Part shown: piece after piece, positions 55,378-56,214 of the stretch
How the letters are laid out: each line of letters starts with the position of its first letter
How positions within the stretch are numbered: the first letter of the stretch is position 1
Source of the DNA: Candidatus Woesearchaeota archaeon
GTDB taxonomy: Archaea; Nanobdellota; Nanobdellia; Woesearchaeales; JBDRGA01
Assembly (NCBI GenBank): GCA_043818175.1
Contig: JBDRGA010000046.1
Coordinates: forward strand, 1-56,214
DNA: 56,214 nucleotides
Direction of reading: 5' to 3'
The notes under the pieces: generated by a model
What the model saw: only the letters and a program-made list of their open reading frames with translations
The model's database searches: none
What the model was told of the DNA's origin: nothing
Program-made: the position numbers and the translations under genes

Positions 55378-55770
55378 TTATTCACTCAATAATGCAATGA
55401 GTTCTCTGATTATTAGTTCTATTCTTGCCTGATTTAGGATGAAGTAATTCTTGTGTATTATGAATCCTTCGTAAGATGTGCGATTCCAATAGTCTCGCAT
55501 CTGTTGCATAAATACCCGTGTCTGTTCATCAAATCCGTATTTCATCGAGATGTATTCGATGAGTTCTTGATGCGCACCGTCACCCTTGACCTTCACTCCT
55601 TCCAAAGCAGTCAGGGCTTCCATGAGCTTGTGCATACTGTCGTAATAGTCTGTTAAGGTGTTCGTTGGATATTTCTCTCTGTTGGTTTCCTGTAGACGTT
55701 CCAATGTGACCTCTGCCATCTTCCGAAGCGCCAAAGCTTTCTGGGGGTCTGGACGTACTTTGATTCTCAT
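55378..55770 (-). CDS. HEPN-like protein
   Basis: YYDSMHKLMEAL...GAHQELI...MRDYWNRTSYEG; coupled to the MNT gene. Confidence 0.75.
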   Translation of the reverse strand: MRIKVRPDPQKALALRKMAEVTLERLQETNREKYPTNTLTDYYDSMHKLMEALTALEGVKVKGDGAHQELIEYISMKYGFDEQTRVFMQQMRDYWNRTSYEGFIIHKNYFILNQARIELIIRELIALLSE

Positions 55771-56214
55771 TTATACACCTCAAGGTATCCGGAAAGCACA
55801 ACACCATTCACAATGTTGTTTTTCAGCTCGCTTGGATACGCGCTAAAGTCCCTGTTAAAGTGCAGTTCTATTGCTCTATGAAGTTTTCGTTCGAATTTCT
55901 TTAAATCAAGCTTCTCCTGCACGCACCCCACGAACAAATCAATATCGCTGTCTTCGACATCTTCACCATTCTTGTAACTTCCAAAAAGCACTATCGATTT
56001 TGGCATTATGGAATCCGCAATGAATTCCACCAGACCGGATTCAAGGATTGCAAGCATGTTGTGAATTACCTTGTATCTCTTGTAAAGCTTGTTTTCCATG
56101 TCTGCCATGTACACTGGAAATTTTCTCACTCCTTTCCTCTCGAATGACTCCTTGATGATTCCAAGCCTTGCCAGTTCTGTGAGATTTTTCTTGACAGAAG
56201 TGTGCGCCACACCA
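55767..56214 (-). CDS. Minimal nucleotidyltransferase (MNT) with N-terminal HTH, truncated at the window edge
   Basis: IVLFGSYKNGEDVEDSDIDLFV; the frame stays open to the end of the window. Confidence 0.85.
   Translation of the reverse strand, partial: GVAHTSVKKNLTELARLGIIKESFERKGVRKFPVYMADMENKLYKRYKVIHNMLAILESGLVEFIADSIMPKSIVLFGSYKNGEDVEDSDIDLFVGCVQEKLDLKKFERKLHRAIELHFNRDFSAYPSELKNNIVNGVVLSGYLEVYK

Noticed and set aside
1098-55846. Numerous 60-180 aa ORFs in the track overlapping the called genes (e.g. 3122-3664, 4902-5432, 13524-14006, 30530-31039, 37799-38254, 40623-40976)
   Set aside because: Antisense or alternate-frame shadows of well-supported genes, with no motifs or promoters.

Overview
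56-kb chromosomal segment of a small-genome archaeon, most likely DPANN (Woesearchaeota/Nanobdellota-like). This is inferred from archaeal topo VI, uS7, NucS, Dph2, NOG1, JAMM and PGF-pre-PGF genes, TATA-box promoters and scattered bacterial-type enzymes. It is densely coding under the standard code. It has one tRNA-Ala(CGC), four toxin-antitoxin modules, DNA-repair genes, a lysC/lysA pair, cfa and a large Ig-repeat surface glycoprotein with a thrombospondin-1 motif. No CRISPR array, rRNA, integrase or transposase was found. Best candidate for an uncharacterised system: a seven-gene copper/metal cluster (7145-13445) with a divergent membrane-anchored winged-helix regulator (13534-14025). Two promoters in this cluster share a 39-bp architecture (28/39 identical) built around a TGAAAC-N2-GTTTCA palindrome, and two adjacent exported proteins both end in MVGGC. 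Other highlights: a 933-bp BRO-N cassette flanked by a 57-bp duplication of the 3' end of the neighbouring gene, a single-base frameshift in top6A, a candidate 124-nt structured ncRNA, and an orphan IS200/IS605-like end hairpin. Family assignments come from motif recognition by eye; no database searches were run.
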